64,000 nucleotides of DNA from an archaeon (GCA_018697095.1 JABHSG010000003.1:285505-349504), one strand, 5' to 3'. Numbered from the stretch's first letter, positions 10,926-20,256 are shown. Numbers and translations: made by a program. The notes: generated from the sequence alone by a model not told the origin.

Positions 10926-11159
10926 ATGGCAACTACAATCTTTACTTCCCCAATTTGTCCTTGGTCACAAAAGGCAAAAGATTTTCTAACTAAGCAAAAA
11001 GTACACTTTGAAGAAAAGGATCTTAGCGAGGACAAACCAGCTAGAAAAGAAGTATTAGATTTAAGTGGTCAAGTAGGAACACCAGTAATTAAAATTGGTG
11101 ACGAAGTTCTTATTGGTTTCAATGAAGCAAAAATCAAAGAAGCTCTAAAAAAGCTGTAA
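10926..11159 (+). CDS. glutaredoxin/NrdH-like thioredoxin-fold protein
   Basis: CPWS redox motif near the N-terminus and a TPVIKIGDEVLIGF C-terminal signature; start moved to the internal ATG to avoid overlap with the upstream ORF. Confidence 0.7.
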   Translation: MATTIFTSPICPWSQKAKDFLTKQKVHFEEKDLSEDKPARKEVLDLSGQVGTPVIKIGDEVLIGFNEAKIKEALKKL

Positions 11160-11241
11160 GTTTTTTTAGCGGCTTAGAAATAGCATATTTCAAAGACTCT
11201 CAAGAAAGACAGTAACTAAACAGTTCTTAATTTAATAATAT

Positions 11242-11994
11242 TCATTTTGAATCAATTCTTTGGTAATGTCTTCCCCATCCAACTGCTCTCATAATTCCAG
11301 ATGTTTTTGCAATTACTCCTTTCCCATACCAGCTTTGTCCAAGTCGTAAATTATTCCAGGTTTTTGTTTCAGAATCAAAACACCATGGGCCAAAAGGGAA
11401 AAGGGTTTCAAGATAACTATCAAAAGAATCTGGGTTTCCAATTTCAATTACTCCACTATCTTTAATCATTCTCAAATCATGGCGTAATGCGACCTGTACT
11501 GCATAGTTTGTAGCAATTACCATAATTCCTCTATCTTCAGCAGCAGAAGCTACTGGTTCTAGTGAAACCCTATCTCCAAGAACATAATCACCGCACAATT
11601 TAACTCTAGTCTTTGCAATGGTGTCGCAAACAAAACCAACTCTTGAAGGTTCTACACCTAAAGCAGCCCATTTTTTTGCACTATAAATTAAACAGCTAAG
11701 GCCATCAAGTCCTTTGTCTTCAACGATAACTCTATCTCTATTAACTCCTTCCTTTAAGAGAATTTCACACATAATATTAGCTTCTACATAACTTGGAGTT
11801 TCTTCTTGATCAAGAAGTAGCCCAGAATGTTTTCCTGTAACTGTAATTGGGCCAGAGTAATTTGTGTCGTGAATAAACTTTGCAGCTTGTAGTGCTCTTT
11901 GCTCTGTAAGATCTTTTCCTCCACCAAACACTAGTAACATGTCAATACCCATGAGTGCTTCAAGTTCACTTTCCATTAAAAATCTTCTCATCAA
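11242..11994 (-). CDS. possible DUF218 (YdcF/SanA-like) protein
   Basis: LLVFGGG...SYVEANIM...VCDTIAKTRV pattern resembles DUF218; moderate confidence. Confidence 0.45.
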   Translation of the reverse strand: MMRRFLMESELEALMGIDMLLVFGGGKDLTEQRALQAAKFIHDTNYSGPITVTGKHSGLLLDQEETPSYVEANIMCEILLKEGVNRDRVIVEDKGLDGLSCLIYSAKKWAALGVEPSRVGFVCDTIAKTRVKLCGDYVLGDRVSLEPVASAAEDRGIMVIATNYAVQVALRHDLRMIKDSGVIEIGNPDSFDSYLETLFPFGPWCFDSETKTWNNLRLGQSWYGKGVIAKTSGIMRAVGWGRHYQRIDSK

Positions 11995-12057
11995 AAAAAT
12001 AATCTGTCTCTTTTTTTATCCCCAAACTTTATTAACAGTCTAAATTCCCCATATAAA

Positions 12058-12636
12058 ATGAGAATAGCATTTATTATAGCTAATGATGGTTACCAAGATA
12101 ATGAATATCTATTGCCAAAAGAATTTCTAACAAATAAAGGACACATTGTTACAACAGTTGCTAAAGAACTAGGAACTGCAAAAGGATCCCTTGGGGGAAC
12201 TACAGAAGTTAACCTTACTTTAGATGAATTAAACATAGAAGAATTCAAAGCTATTGTTTTTGTCGGCGGACCTGGTGCGCCAGTTTATCAAGAAGACTCA
12301 AAAGCACATGAGATAATCAAACAAACCTTAGAACAAAATAAACTTCTAGCAGCTATTTGTATCGCTCCTATGACGCTAGCAAAAGCTGGCGCTCTAAGAG
12401 GAAAAAATACAACTGTTTGGAATGGTGACACTCAGCAAGCAGTTGCAATAGAATCTTTTGGCGCAACTTATCTTAAAGGTCCAGTTGTAATAGATAATAA
12501 CATAATTACTGCAAATGGTCCAGAAGCTGCTAAAGAATTCGCAAAAGCAATCTCTAAATATTTAGAAGAACAAGAATCACTTAATCAAGTGCAAGAAAGC
12601 CAAATACAAGATATTCAAGAAGAAAATAATGATTAA
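12058..12636 (+). CDS. DJ-1/PfpI-family protein
   Basis: MRIAFIIANDGYQD N-terminus; nucleophile-elbow Cys in AAICIAP; ~190 aa. Confidence 0.8.
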   Translation: MRIAFIIANDGYQDNEYLLPKEFLTNKGHIVTTVAKELGTAKGSLGGTTEVNLTLDELNIEEFKAIVFVGGPGAPVYQEDSKAHEIIKQTLEQNKLLAAICIAPMTLAKAGALRGKNTTVWNGDTQQAVAIESFGATYLKGPVVIDNNIITANGPEAAKEFAKAISKYLEEQESLNQVQESQIQDIQEENND

Positions 12637-12721
12637 AACTCAAATTATGCTTAATTTAAGCTGATTTTTCTATGCTCACCCGTAAGCTTTATAAACTGGC
12701 ATTAATCCAAGCGCATTACCG

Positions 12722-13033
12722 ATGAAAATTCCTAAAGTACAAAAACGTCACTGTAAATATTGTAAAAAGCATACCCAAACAAAGGTTGCTCCAAACAAGA
12801 AAAAAACAGCTAGTTCTCTAAAACAAGGATCAAAGTATAGAGCTAAAAAGCGTGGTTTAGCTAGAGGAAATGGGAATCTTGGCCGTTATTCAAAACCGGC
12901 TGTAACTAAGTTTAAACGCTCAGGTGCAAAATCCACTAAAAAAACAGATTTAAGGTTTACTTGCCAGTCATGTAAGAAAACTTCTGTTCAAGCAGGTGGC
13001 GGTATCCGTGCAAAGCGTGTTGAAATGATTTAA
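12722..13033 (+). CDS. rpl44e: ribosomal protein eL42 (L44e)
   Basis: C4 zinc ribbon (CKYCKKHT...CQSCKK) in a very basic 103-aa protein; conserved archaeal neighbourhood eL42-eS27-aIF2a-Nop10. Confidence 0.85.
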   Translation: MKIPKVQKRHCKYCKKHTQTKVAPNKKKTASSLKQGSKYRAKKRGLARGNGNLGRYSKPAVTKFKRSGAKSTKKTDLRFTCQSCKKTSVQAGGGIRAKRVEMI

Positions 13034-13050
13034 ATTAAGGAAAATTCAAA

Positions 13051-13227
13051 ATGAAAGCAGAAACCAGATCAAAATTTATCAAATGCCGTTGCCCTAATTG
13101 TAAAAACGAACAAATCGTTTATGGGAACGCTTCAACAAAAGTAACCTGCCTTGTTTGCGATCGTGAACTTGTTTACCCAACAGGTGGAAAAAGCAAGATC
13201 TCAGCACGCGTTTTAGAAGTTCTCTAA
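13051..13227 (+). CDS. rps27e: ribosomal protein eS27 (S27e); absent from the ORF track (<60 aa)
   Basis: Translation MKAETRSKFIKCRCPNCKNEQIVYGNASTKVTCLVCDRELVYPTGGKSKISARVLEVL has the C4 ribbon and PTGGK motif of eS27; position matches the conserved operon. Confidence 0.8.
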   Translation: MKAETRSKFIKCRCPNCKNEQIVYGNASTKVTCLVCDRELVYPTGGKSKISARVLEVL

Positions 13228-13296
13228 ATAGTCAAACAAGCTTTATAAAGAACCTTTATTCTTTTACCTTTATTCAAGATAAATTAAACTCATAAA

Positions 13297-14094
13297 ATGT
13301 TATATCGAAAAACAACCCCAGTTAAAGAAGGAGAAATAGTTCTTTGTAAAGTTACTAAGATCTTTCACAGTTCTGTTTTTGCAGAGATTATAGAACATGG
13401 GAACAAATCTGGGATGATCCACATCTCAGAGATCGCTCCAGGACGTATTAGGAACCTTCGAGACTACGTTAAAGAAGGTAAGCAGATTATCTGTGTTATT
13501 TTAAGAATCAACAAAGAGCGGGGCCATATCGACCTTTCCTTAAGGCGTGTAGGGTCAAACCAGCAACGTGAAAAGTTAGAACAAATCAAACAAGAGCTAA
13601 AAGCTGAGAAAGTAATCGCTAAGTTAGCTGGTGAGATGAAATTAAAATCACTTGAACTCTACAAAAAGATTTCTCCAAAAATTCTTGAAGAATACGATTA
13701 TATTCATGATGCATTCAAAGAAGTAGTTAGTTCAGAAGTAACTTTAGAAGAATTAGGTGTAGATAAAGAAATAGCAGAAAAATTAACTTTAGCAGTTAAG
13801 GATCGTTTCAAAGAGCCAATTGCACTTCTTAAAGGAGATATTACTCTTAAGACATATGAACCTAACGGCATTGATAAAATTAAAACACTTTTAGCAAAAG
13901 TTCAAACAGTCCGTGAAGACCTTAACATTAAATACATGGGTGCTGGTAAATACAATTTCACTTTCAAAGATAAAGACATCCAGCATGCTGAAAAAGATCT
14001 TGCTAAGATGGAAAAAATTGTAATGGGCTTTTCTGATGGTAAAATAAATACATCAGCGTTTGATCGTCAACGTGCAACCATGGAAGAGCAGTAA
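13297..14094 (+). CDS. eif2a: translation initiation factor 2 alpha subunit (aIF2-alpha)
   Basis: N-terminal S1 domain (GEIVLCKVTKI...GMIHISEIAPGRIRNLRDY); 265 aa; operon context. Confidence 0.9.
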   Translation: MLYRKTTPVKEGEIVLCKVTKIFHSSVFAEIIEHGNKSGMIHISEIAPGRIRNLRDYVKEGKQIICVILRINKERGHIDLSLRRVGSNQQREKLEQIKQELKAEKVIAKLAGEMKLKSLELYKKISPKILEEYDYIHDAFKEVVSSEVTLEELGVDKEIAEKLTLAVKDRFKEPIALLKGDITLKTYEPNGIDKIKTLLAKVQTVREDLNIKYMGAGKYNFTFKDKDIQHAEKDLAKMEKIVMGFSDGKINTSAFDRQRATMEEQ

Positions 14095-14109
14095 ACCTTT
14101 CTATTCAAA

Positions 14110-14295
14110 ATGAAAAAAATCCATAAGTGCACAAACAAAGAATGTAACACTTACACTATCAAAGAAATTTGTCCTAAATGTAATTCTAAAACTCTAAGGC
14201 CTATGCCACCAAAGTTTTCTCCAGAAGACAAGTATGCAGATTTAAAACGCCAAGCAAAAGAACAAGAGAGAAAACAAAAAGGTCTAATCAAGTAA
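14110..14295 (+). CDS. nop10: H/ACA RNP protein Nop10
   Basis: CxxC...CPKC ribbon followed by [10 protein letters not shown], the Nop10 signature; follows aIF2a as in most archaea. Confidence 0.8.
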   Translation: MKKIHKCTNKECNTYTIKEICPKCNSKTLRPMPPKFSPEDKYADLKRQAKEQERKQKGLIK

Positions 14296-14317
14296 AAAAA
14301 TCTAAACAAATTCTAAA

Positions 14318-14965
14318 ATGCCAATTTATCAAATTACAGATGACACTCAAATTCTGATTCCAAGAACAACTGGTCCTGAGATATTTGATAAATTTCTAGA
14401 AAACGACACTGATAATTTTCTTCAAGAAGCATGGTTAGATGCCCTTACACCAATAGATCAGCAAATGATTCTTAGTGCGCTAGGATTTTTTGGAACGTCC
14501 ATTGTTAAAAATTTAGAAAATTTAAATGATCGTTGTAATTGGCCTCAAAGGTATGGTGCGCTATATGCAATTGGCAGCACAGCCAGGCTTGCACATCAAA
14601 GGTTAAGTTGTTCTCCGAGGATTGAAGAAAGCTCAGGTGGCACAACAAGAACTTATGGTGATATAGATTTACTTTTTGTAACAAACGAACTCACAAGAGA
14701 CATTGGCGAACTTATAACTCCATTTCCTATTCCTGTTGGTTGGAGATATGAATGGAAAACTTTTCCAGAAGAAGCGTATAAACACCCAGAGAGAATTAGT
14801 GGGCAAGGAGAAAGATCTATTGCCAGAATAACTTCGCCAATTGACGGAGCATCTACAATTCATTTAACAATTCAACCAGAAGTAAGAAGTAAAGAATATT
14901 GGGATCAAGTAGACACGAAAGAAAAAGTATTCATCTATGAATTGAACGATTTATTATTTGACTAA
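14318..14965 (+). CDS. putative polymerase-beta-superfamily nucleotidyltransferase with N-terminal extension
   Basis: IGSTAR...GDIDLLFV fits the hG[GS]...DxD NTase pattern; no further family assignment. Confidence 0.45.
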   Translation: MPIYQITDDTQILIPRTTGPEIFDKFLENDTDNFLQEAWLDALTPIDQQMILSALGFFGTSIVKNLENLNDRCNWPQRYGALYAIGSTARLAHQRLSCSPRIEESSGGTTRTYGDIDLLFVTNELTRDIGELITPFPIPVGWRYEWKTFPEEAYKHPERISGQGERSIARITSPIDGASTIHLTIQPEVRSKEYWDQVDTKEKVFIYELNDLLFD

Positions 14966-15433
14966 TTTCTCTTTTTCAACTACAAATTTCTTAATTACTT
15001 CTTTCATTTGTTCAATTGGCATACGCTCTATTGCCTCAGAAACATCAACCCATTCATATTTAGTGTGCTCAGAAGAAATTACAACTTCTTTCTCGCCTAA
15101 ATATTTGCACCCAAAAAGTACTCCAATGACTTCGTTCTCAGGAACCTTCTCTCCACGATGCAAATGCGCAACATCAATAACTTTTACAATCTCTACATCA
15201 AGTCCAGTTTCTTCATGAACTTCGCGTAGTAGCCCTGTAGCGCAATCTTCTCCTTGCTCTAATCTACCCATCGGGTATTCCCAAACACCGCCAGAGAAGT
15301 CATTCTCTTCGCTTCTCCACATAACTAGAATTTGTCCTGAAGAGTTTTCAATAACTCCTCCAACAGCCACCATAAATTTCCCTGCCATGATATCTTCACA
15401 AACTAGCAACTTAAAAAGATTGCCACTGGTCAC
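14954..15433 (-). CDS. NUDIX hydrolase
   Basis: Nudix box GGVWEYPMGRLEQGEDCATGLLREVHEETGL (GX5EX7REUXEEXGU). Confidence 0.85.
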   Translation of the reverse strand: MTSGNLFKLLVCEDIMAGKFMVAVGGVIENSSGQILVMWRSEENDFSGGVWEYPMGRLEQGEDCATGLLREVHEETGLDVEIVKVIDVAHLHRGEKVPENEVIGVLFGCKYLGEKEVVISSEHTKYEWVDVSEAIERMPIEQMKEVIKKFVVEKEKLVK

Positions 15434-15482
15434 TGGTCAACCTCAGATAGTCCTTATATACCTTCATTTCTAATATGTATAT

Positions 15483-16373
15483 GTGGCAGATAGAATCTTA
15501 ACAGAAAATAACCCAAATAATCAAAATAACAGCATTTCTATTTTTGAAGACAAACAAGTTCGTAAAATTTGGCACAATGATGAGTGGTGGTTCTCAGTAG
15601 TAGATATTGTAGGAGTACTTACTGGAAGTCCAGATGGAAGAAATTACTGGAAAGTTCTTAAACATCGCTTAAACAAAGAAGGAAGCGAGGTGGTTACAAA
15701 TTGTAACCAACTGAAATTATCAGCTTCAGATGGAAAATCCTACAAGACAGATTGCTGTAACACAGAAGGTGCCTTTCGTATCATCCAATCAATTCCTTCT
15801 AAAAATGCTGAACATTTCAAATTATGGCTAGCTAAAACAGGTTATGAAAGAATTCAAGAAATAGAAAATCCTGAACTTGCAAGAATCAGGGCCAGAAAAT
15901 ACTATGAAACAAAAGGTTATCCAAAAGATTGGATTAATCAAAGAGTAGATTCAATTGAAGCTCGACAGAATCTTACCAAAGAATGGAAACAGCGTGATGT
16001 CAAAGAAGGAAAAGAGTTTGCTATTCTCACAAATGAAATTCATAAGGCTACTTTTGATAAAGATGTAAAAGAACATAAAGAGCACAAAAATCTACCAATA
16101 AAAAACAAAAACCTAAACCTTAGGGACAACATGACTAAACTAGAGTTAGCATTCGCAAAACTTGCAGAAACAGCAACAAAGGAAATTGCCAAAGCAAAAG
16201 ACGCCCAAGGGTTTAACCAAAACAAAACTGCAGCCCATAAGGGTGGTACAATAGCAGGAAACGCAAGAAAGGCACTAGAAAAAGAAACAAATACTATTGT
16301 TATAAGCAAAAACAATTCTCAGCATCTTGTAGAAACAAAACAAATCAAGAAGATAAAAAACAATAAAATCTAA
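15483..16373 (+). CDS. Bro-N domain protein, DinD-like (DNA-damage-inducible protein D / phage antirepressor-like)
   Basis: N-terminal Bro-N signature (ISIFEDKQVRKIWHNDEWWFSVVDIVGVL); C-terminal half resembles the E. coli DinD C-terminal region. Confidence 0.55.
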   Translation: MADRILTENNPNNQNNSISIFEDKQVRKIWHNDEWWFSVVDIVGVLTGSPDGRNYWKVLKHRLNKEGSEVVTNCNQLKLSASDGKSYKTDCCNTEGAFRIIQSIPSKNAEHFKLWLAKTGYERIQEIENPELARIRARKYYETKGYPKDWINQRVDSIEARQNLTKEWKQRDVKEGKEFAILTNEIHKATFDKDVKEHKEHKNLPIKNKNLNLRDNMTKLELAFAKLAETATKEIAKAKDAQGFNQNKTAAHKGGTIAGNARKALEKETNTIVISKNNSQHLVETKQIKKIKNNKI

Positions 16374-17314
16374 TACTCAAGCCCCATTCGCGAATCTGTT
16401 AAATCAAGAAGTATCTCAAGTATCTGTTTGTGACTTGTCAAATACAGTAGTTCTTCTACTGGAACATTTTTTGCTTTTTTCTGAAGTAAGTTTTTAGTTT
16501 TATCACGGTTTTCACTTAGTTCATCAACTTTTTTGTAATTAAATTTGTAAAATAGTTCATAATACTTAACCAGCGAATCGTGTATCAAAAATAATATCTT
16601 AACGCTGTCTTTGTGAAAATTTTTATCATACTTAATAGCATCACGCGCATTATATTTCAGAATATCCACAATTTTATCTAGTGATGCAATGATGTGATAA
16701 TAAAAACAAGTTTTCTTCACGTCAGGGTAGCCATGCACATTCAAAAGTCGCAAACAATAAGTTACAAATTTGGTGATGTTATCATGTTTCTCTTCAACAC
16801 TTGAAATTAGGTTGTGGTCATTTATGCGAATTCCTTCAAGTAAACTTGCTGATGTTTCTTTCATTAGTAAAAACACTCTACGTAAAATAACTGTGAAGTC
16901 TTCACCAGCTTCTTTTGCGACTTGTTTAATTAAAATTCTTTTAGGACTTTGCTCTACTATTTCAAAACCAATCAAACGATTCATTGTATAATGCATCAGT
17001 GTTGATATACTCACTTCTTCGCCTTTGCGGTAATGCACAGTTTTTGGTTTACGAAAATTCACTTCAATTTCGTTGTATCCAAACCGATACAAACTTTGAA
17101 TATACAAAAGCGCTGAAGTTCTATCTAAATGACTTATATCAACAGAGATCTTACCAATTTTAGTAGATTGATCAGTACTCACAATCAATTGCTGTCCTTC
17201 TTCAGACACATATACACTCTCACCTTTCAAGAGCCCATACTGTTTAATCCATTTAGCGGGCAGAGCAATTGTCAGGCTTGATCTCCCATGCTGTATTAGT
17301 TTACGTTGCTCCAT
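16370..17314 (-). CDS. SpoVT/AbrB-domain plus PhoU-domain regulator (archaeal phosphate-uptake-regulator family)
   Basis: N-terminal swapped-hairpin motif (RKLIQHGRSSLTIALPAKWIKQYGLLKGESVYVSEEG) as in archaeal PhoU homologs; helical C-terminal PhoU-like repeats. Confidence 0.7.
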   Translation of the reverse strand: MEQRKLIQHGRSSLTIALPAKWIKQYGLLKGESVYVSEEGQQLIVSTDQSTKIGKISVDISHLDRTSALLYIQSLYRFGYNEIEVNFRKPKTVHYRKGEEVSISTLMHYTMNRLIGFEIVEQSPKRILIKQVAKEAGEDFTVILRRVFLLMKETSASLLEGIRINDHNLISSVEEKHDNITKFVTYCLRLLNVHGYPDVKKTCFYYHIIASLDKIVDILKYNARDAIKYDKNFHKDSVKILFLIHDSLVKYYELFYKFNYKKVDELSENRDKTKNLLQKKAKNVPVEELLYLTSHKQILEILLDLTDSRMGLEY

Positions 17315-17437
17315 ATATTCACCAAGCTTACTTATTATTCTAAACTAACTCTCTTTTATTAATTTTCCCTAAAAATGTACATAAAATACATTTTCTATGC
17401 AAAAAGTACATATTTGGACCTAATTATTACTATCAAT

Positions 17438-17542
17438 ATGAATTGCGCACACTGCGATTATAATTGGCTACCTCGGGTACAAATGCCCAAAAGTTGTCCA
17501 CGTTGCAAACTGCGCTTTGATTACGATAGGTGGGCTGGTTAA
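17438..17542 (+). CDS. small zinc-ribbon protein (34 aa); not in ORF track
   Basis: ATG..TAA ORF encoding MNCAHCDYNWLPRVQMPKSCPRCKLRFDYDRWAG with a CxxC-x17-CxxC arrangement. Confidence 0.3.
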   Translation: MNCAHCDYNWLPRVQMPKSCPRCKLRFDYDRWAG

Positions 17543-17586
17543 AATCAGATCTGGTGTTTAGAAAAGATATTAGGAGACACAAAAAA

Positions 17587-17820
17587 ATGACAAATGAAAG
17601 AAAATACCAAGGAGTTGCAATAATTAAAGATCCATCTGAAGGACATTGTAGTACATTATATGGGGCTCATGAAAAAAGAGATTATGATTTAGATGTTCAA
17701 GATGGAAGACAACCTTGTGGGCGGCCAATTATAAAAGCAAAATGGCTTGATAATCCAACTGATTTTGAAGGGATTGGTAAATTAGCAAATAGCTTATTTC
17801 AAGATTCATACAAAAGATAA
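17587..17820 (+). CDS. hypothetical protein
   Basis: Internal Met of ORF 17530..17820 chosen to avoid overlap; no recognisable motif. Confidence 0.35.
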   Translation: MTNERKYQGVAIIKDPSEGHCSTLYGAHEKRDYDLDVQDGRQPCGRPIIKAKWLDNPTDFEGIGKLANSLFQDSYKR

Positions 17821-17856
17821 TTTTTTTCTTTCTTATTCTAATTTTTTAAATTAACA

Positions 17857-18729
17857 CTACCCAATATAACTATGGCCTGGGTCTTTCAATTTAGCACCAG
17901 CTTCACTTCCGCCAGTTTGCATTTCTTTAAGCCACTCTTGTGTTTTAGCCATCATTTCTTTTTCCAAGTCAATGATTTCTCTATTGATTTTCTCAACTTT
18001 AACACCAATTTTATACTTTAAGTCAAGTACTTTTACAATTGCAGCAGCTCCTTTAACCCCAAGATACATCTGATGAGAAAAAGTTTCAGCAAGTAGCGCA
18101 GCAGCTTTTACTGAATGCCGTGAAGCTACTCCTAATAAAACTCCAGAGACGCCAATAATAGGTCCAACAACTCCAAAAATTTCAGTAGCAACTCCAAGTT
18201 TCTTAACTTTAAACTGTTTTAGAAAATCAGCATCGTTTGCTGTAGCGTAAACAAGTGGTTCTTCAGGAAGGCTACTAAGTCCAATCCCTCCAGTGGTTAT
18301 GATCTCAGTACATCCAAAATCCATTACAACTCCAAGTATCTGTTCACAAAAAGTATGGCAACTAACTTCATCAATTGGTTGTACATCTCCAACTAGTAGC
18401 AGTAAATCCCTTTTTTTAGGATCTTTGAATTTTTTATAGTAAAGTTCAATTTTTGGACTTTCAATTAGATTTTGCTCATTCACAAAAACTGAATGTGGGA
18501 ATTTGTAACTAAAAAAACTGCATAGCTTTTTTGCCTTCAAATCAGATACTAAAAAGTCCACAGCTATTTTTCCAACATTTGCAATTCCTGGAAGCCCCTC
18601 TATCAACAAAGGCTTACTCAGTGTAGGCATTTTTTTAACAAAATACTCTACTTTCCAAGAACCAGCATTAATTTGGGAATCCATAAAAACAAGAAGCAAT
18701 TCACAGTTTATATACTTATTTAAAATCAA
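17857..18729 (-). CDS. PAC2-family protein (proteasome-assembly-chaperone-like)
   Basis: LIEGLPGIANVGKIAVDFLV matches the conserved PAC2 N-terminal motif of archaeal PAC2 (PbaA/PbaB-type) homologs. Confidence 0.55.
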   Translation of the reverse strand: MILNKYINCELLLVFMDSQINAGSWKVEYFVKKMPTLSKPLLIEGLPGIANVGKIAVDFLVSDLKAKKLCSFFSYKFPHSVFVNEQNLIESPKIELYYKKFKDPKKRDLLLLVGDVQPIDEVSCHTFCEQILGVVMDFGCTEIITTGGIGLSSLPEEPLVYATANDADFLKQFKVKKLGVATEIFGVVGPIIGVSGVLLGVASRHSVKAAALLAETFSHQMYLGVKGAAAIVKVLDLKYKIGVKVEKINREIIDLEKEMMAKTQEWLKEMQTGGSEAGAKLKDPGHSYIG

Positions 18730-18735
18730 TAAAAA

Positions 18736-19437
18736 CTAAGCACTTTGTAAATATTCAGATACTCTCAATAATCTTCCATCGCGATAAAAATCAGATAAAA
18801 AGTAGCTCCTATCTTCTACACCACTTAACTTAGTTTCAATGCCAAAATAACCTTTCTTAGTCAACACTAAATTTTTACTAACTTCAACTGCTTCTCCATC
18901 TTTGTTAACAATTGCTGTAAATCCTTTTAATGATCCAACGTGACTATTTATTTTACTTTTGATTTTATCTTCAGCAGTTTTTCTTCTGCGGCAGCTAAAA
19001 TCATCCACATAATTTGTTAACCAATCAAAGCCTCTCTGAAACAATCTATAGTCAGAAGAAATAAGTTCCTTGACATTTTCTACTCTTCCATAAGTAAATG
19101 AGTGATTTTTCCTAAATATCTCAAAAAGATCAGCATCTGTCGTAATCCCAAAAGGTATAACTCCTCTCTCTTTTAGCACACCTTCAACAACTGTTTTATT
19201 GTATCTGCTCAAAGTTTCTTGGGATGGCAAGATTGCAGCATTTCTTAAATTTTGAATCTGTCCATACAATATTAAAAAAGGAGAGAGTACTTTTTCCGTA
19301 TAATCATAACCTCTATTTGTTGCCTCTCCCAAAGAAACAACAAAATCTAAAGAAACATCGCTAGTATAAACCCCTTCTTCAAAAAGACCAGGCAAGGAAT
19401 TTTCATCAATTTCTGACATAACATCAAAATAATTCAC
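18736..19437 (-). CDS. hypothetical protein
   Basis: 233-aa ORF co-directional with, and 6 nt from, the PAC2-like gene; no motif recognised. Confidence 0.45.
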   Translation of the reverse strand: MNYFDVMSEIDENSLPGLFEEGVYTSDVSLDFVVSLGEATNRGYDYTEKVLSPFLILYGQIQNLRNAAILPSQETLSRYNKTVVEGVLKERGVIPFGITTDADLFEIFRKNHSFTYGRVENVKELISSDYRLFQRGFDWLTNYVDDFSCRRRKTAEDKIKSKINSHVGSLKGFTAIVNKDGEAVEVSKNLVLTKKGYFGIETKLSGVEDRSYFLSDFYRDGRLLRVSEYLQSA

Positions 19438-19455
19438 TCATTTAAAAAACCAATA

Positions 19456-20256
19456 TCAACTTCTTACATTATATCCAATTCTAAACAGATACGTTGCCCA
19501 AAAAAAGAACAAGGTAGTCAAACCCAAAAGTACCAGCAAACTAATCCAAACTGGGCTGTAACTAATCCCTAAAAATCCATATCTGAATGCATCTACAATG
19601 TAATATATCGGATTAAACAAACTAACTGTCTTCCAAAAAGAAGGCAACATATCAATTGAGTAAAATACTCCACCTAAATATGTGAGCGGAGTTACAACAA
19701 ATACAGCAAACACATTCATCTGATCAAAACTTTGCGCCCATAATGCAGTCACAATTCCAGCAAGACCAAACAAAAGTGATGTCAAAACCATTACAGTCAC
19801 AATCACAAATATGTTACTAATAGTCAAACCAGCAAAAAACGATCCAATAAAGATTGTCCCAAGCGCTACAATTACTCCTCTAACTAAACAAGAAAGACAT
19901 ATTGCTCCAATAATACTCATGTAAGATATTGGTGCCACAAGAAGTTCTTGGATATTTCCAGCGAACTTACTAATATAAAGTGAAGCTGAACTGTTAGCGT
20001 AACTTGCACTAATAACTCCCATAATAATCAAACCTGGGAAAATAAAAGAAAGATACGATACACCACCAATCTCAGTAATACGTGAACCAAGACTATACCC
20101 AAAGATCAAAATGTAAAGTAGTGATGTGATGATTGGAGGAACTAATGTCTGTTTCCAAACTCGAAGTAAGCGCCTAACTTCTCGATCAGCAAGGCTCCAA
20201 AAAGCAGTCCATTCTTTGCCATCTACTCCTAAACTATGATTTTTATTTTCTGCCAT
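19456..20256 (-). CDS. ABC-2-type transporter permease
   Basis: 266 aa with six predicted TM helices; immediately downstream of the ABC ATPase gene. Confidence 0.8.
   Translation of the reverse strand: MAENKNHSLGVDGKEWTAFWSLADREVRRLLRVWKQTLVPPIITSLLYILIFGYSLGSRITEIGGVSYLSFIFPGLIIMGVISASYANSSASLYISKFAGNIQELLVAPISYMSIIGAICLSCLVRGVIVALGTIFIGSFFAGLTISNIFVIVTVMVLTSLLFGLAGIVTALWAQSFDQMNVFAVFVVTPLTYLGGVFYSIDMLPSFWKTVSLFNPIYYIVDAFRYGFLGISYSPVWISLLVLLGLTTLFFFWATYLFRIGYNVRS

Noticed and set aside
17857-18729. HbYX proteasome-docking motif at the PAC2-like C-terminus
   Set aside because: The protein ends ...HSYIG. The Tyr is not in the penultimate position required for HbYX, so no such claim is made.
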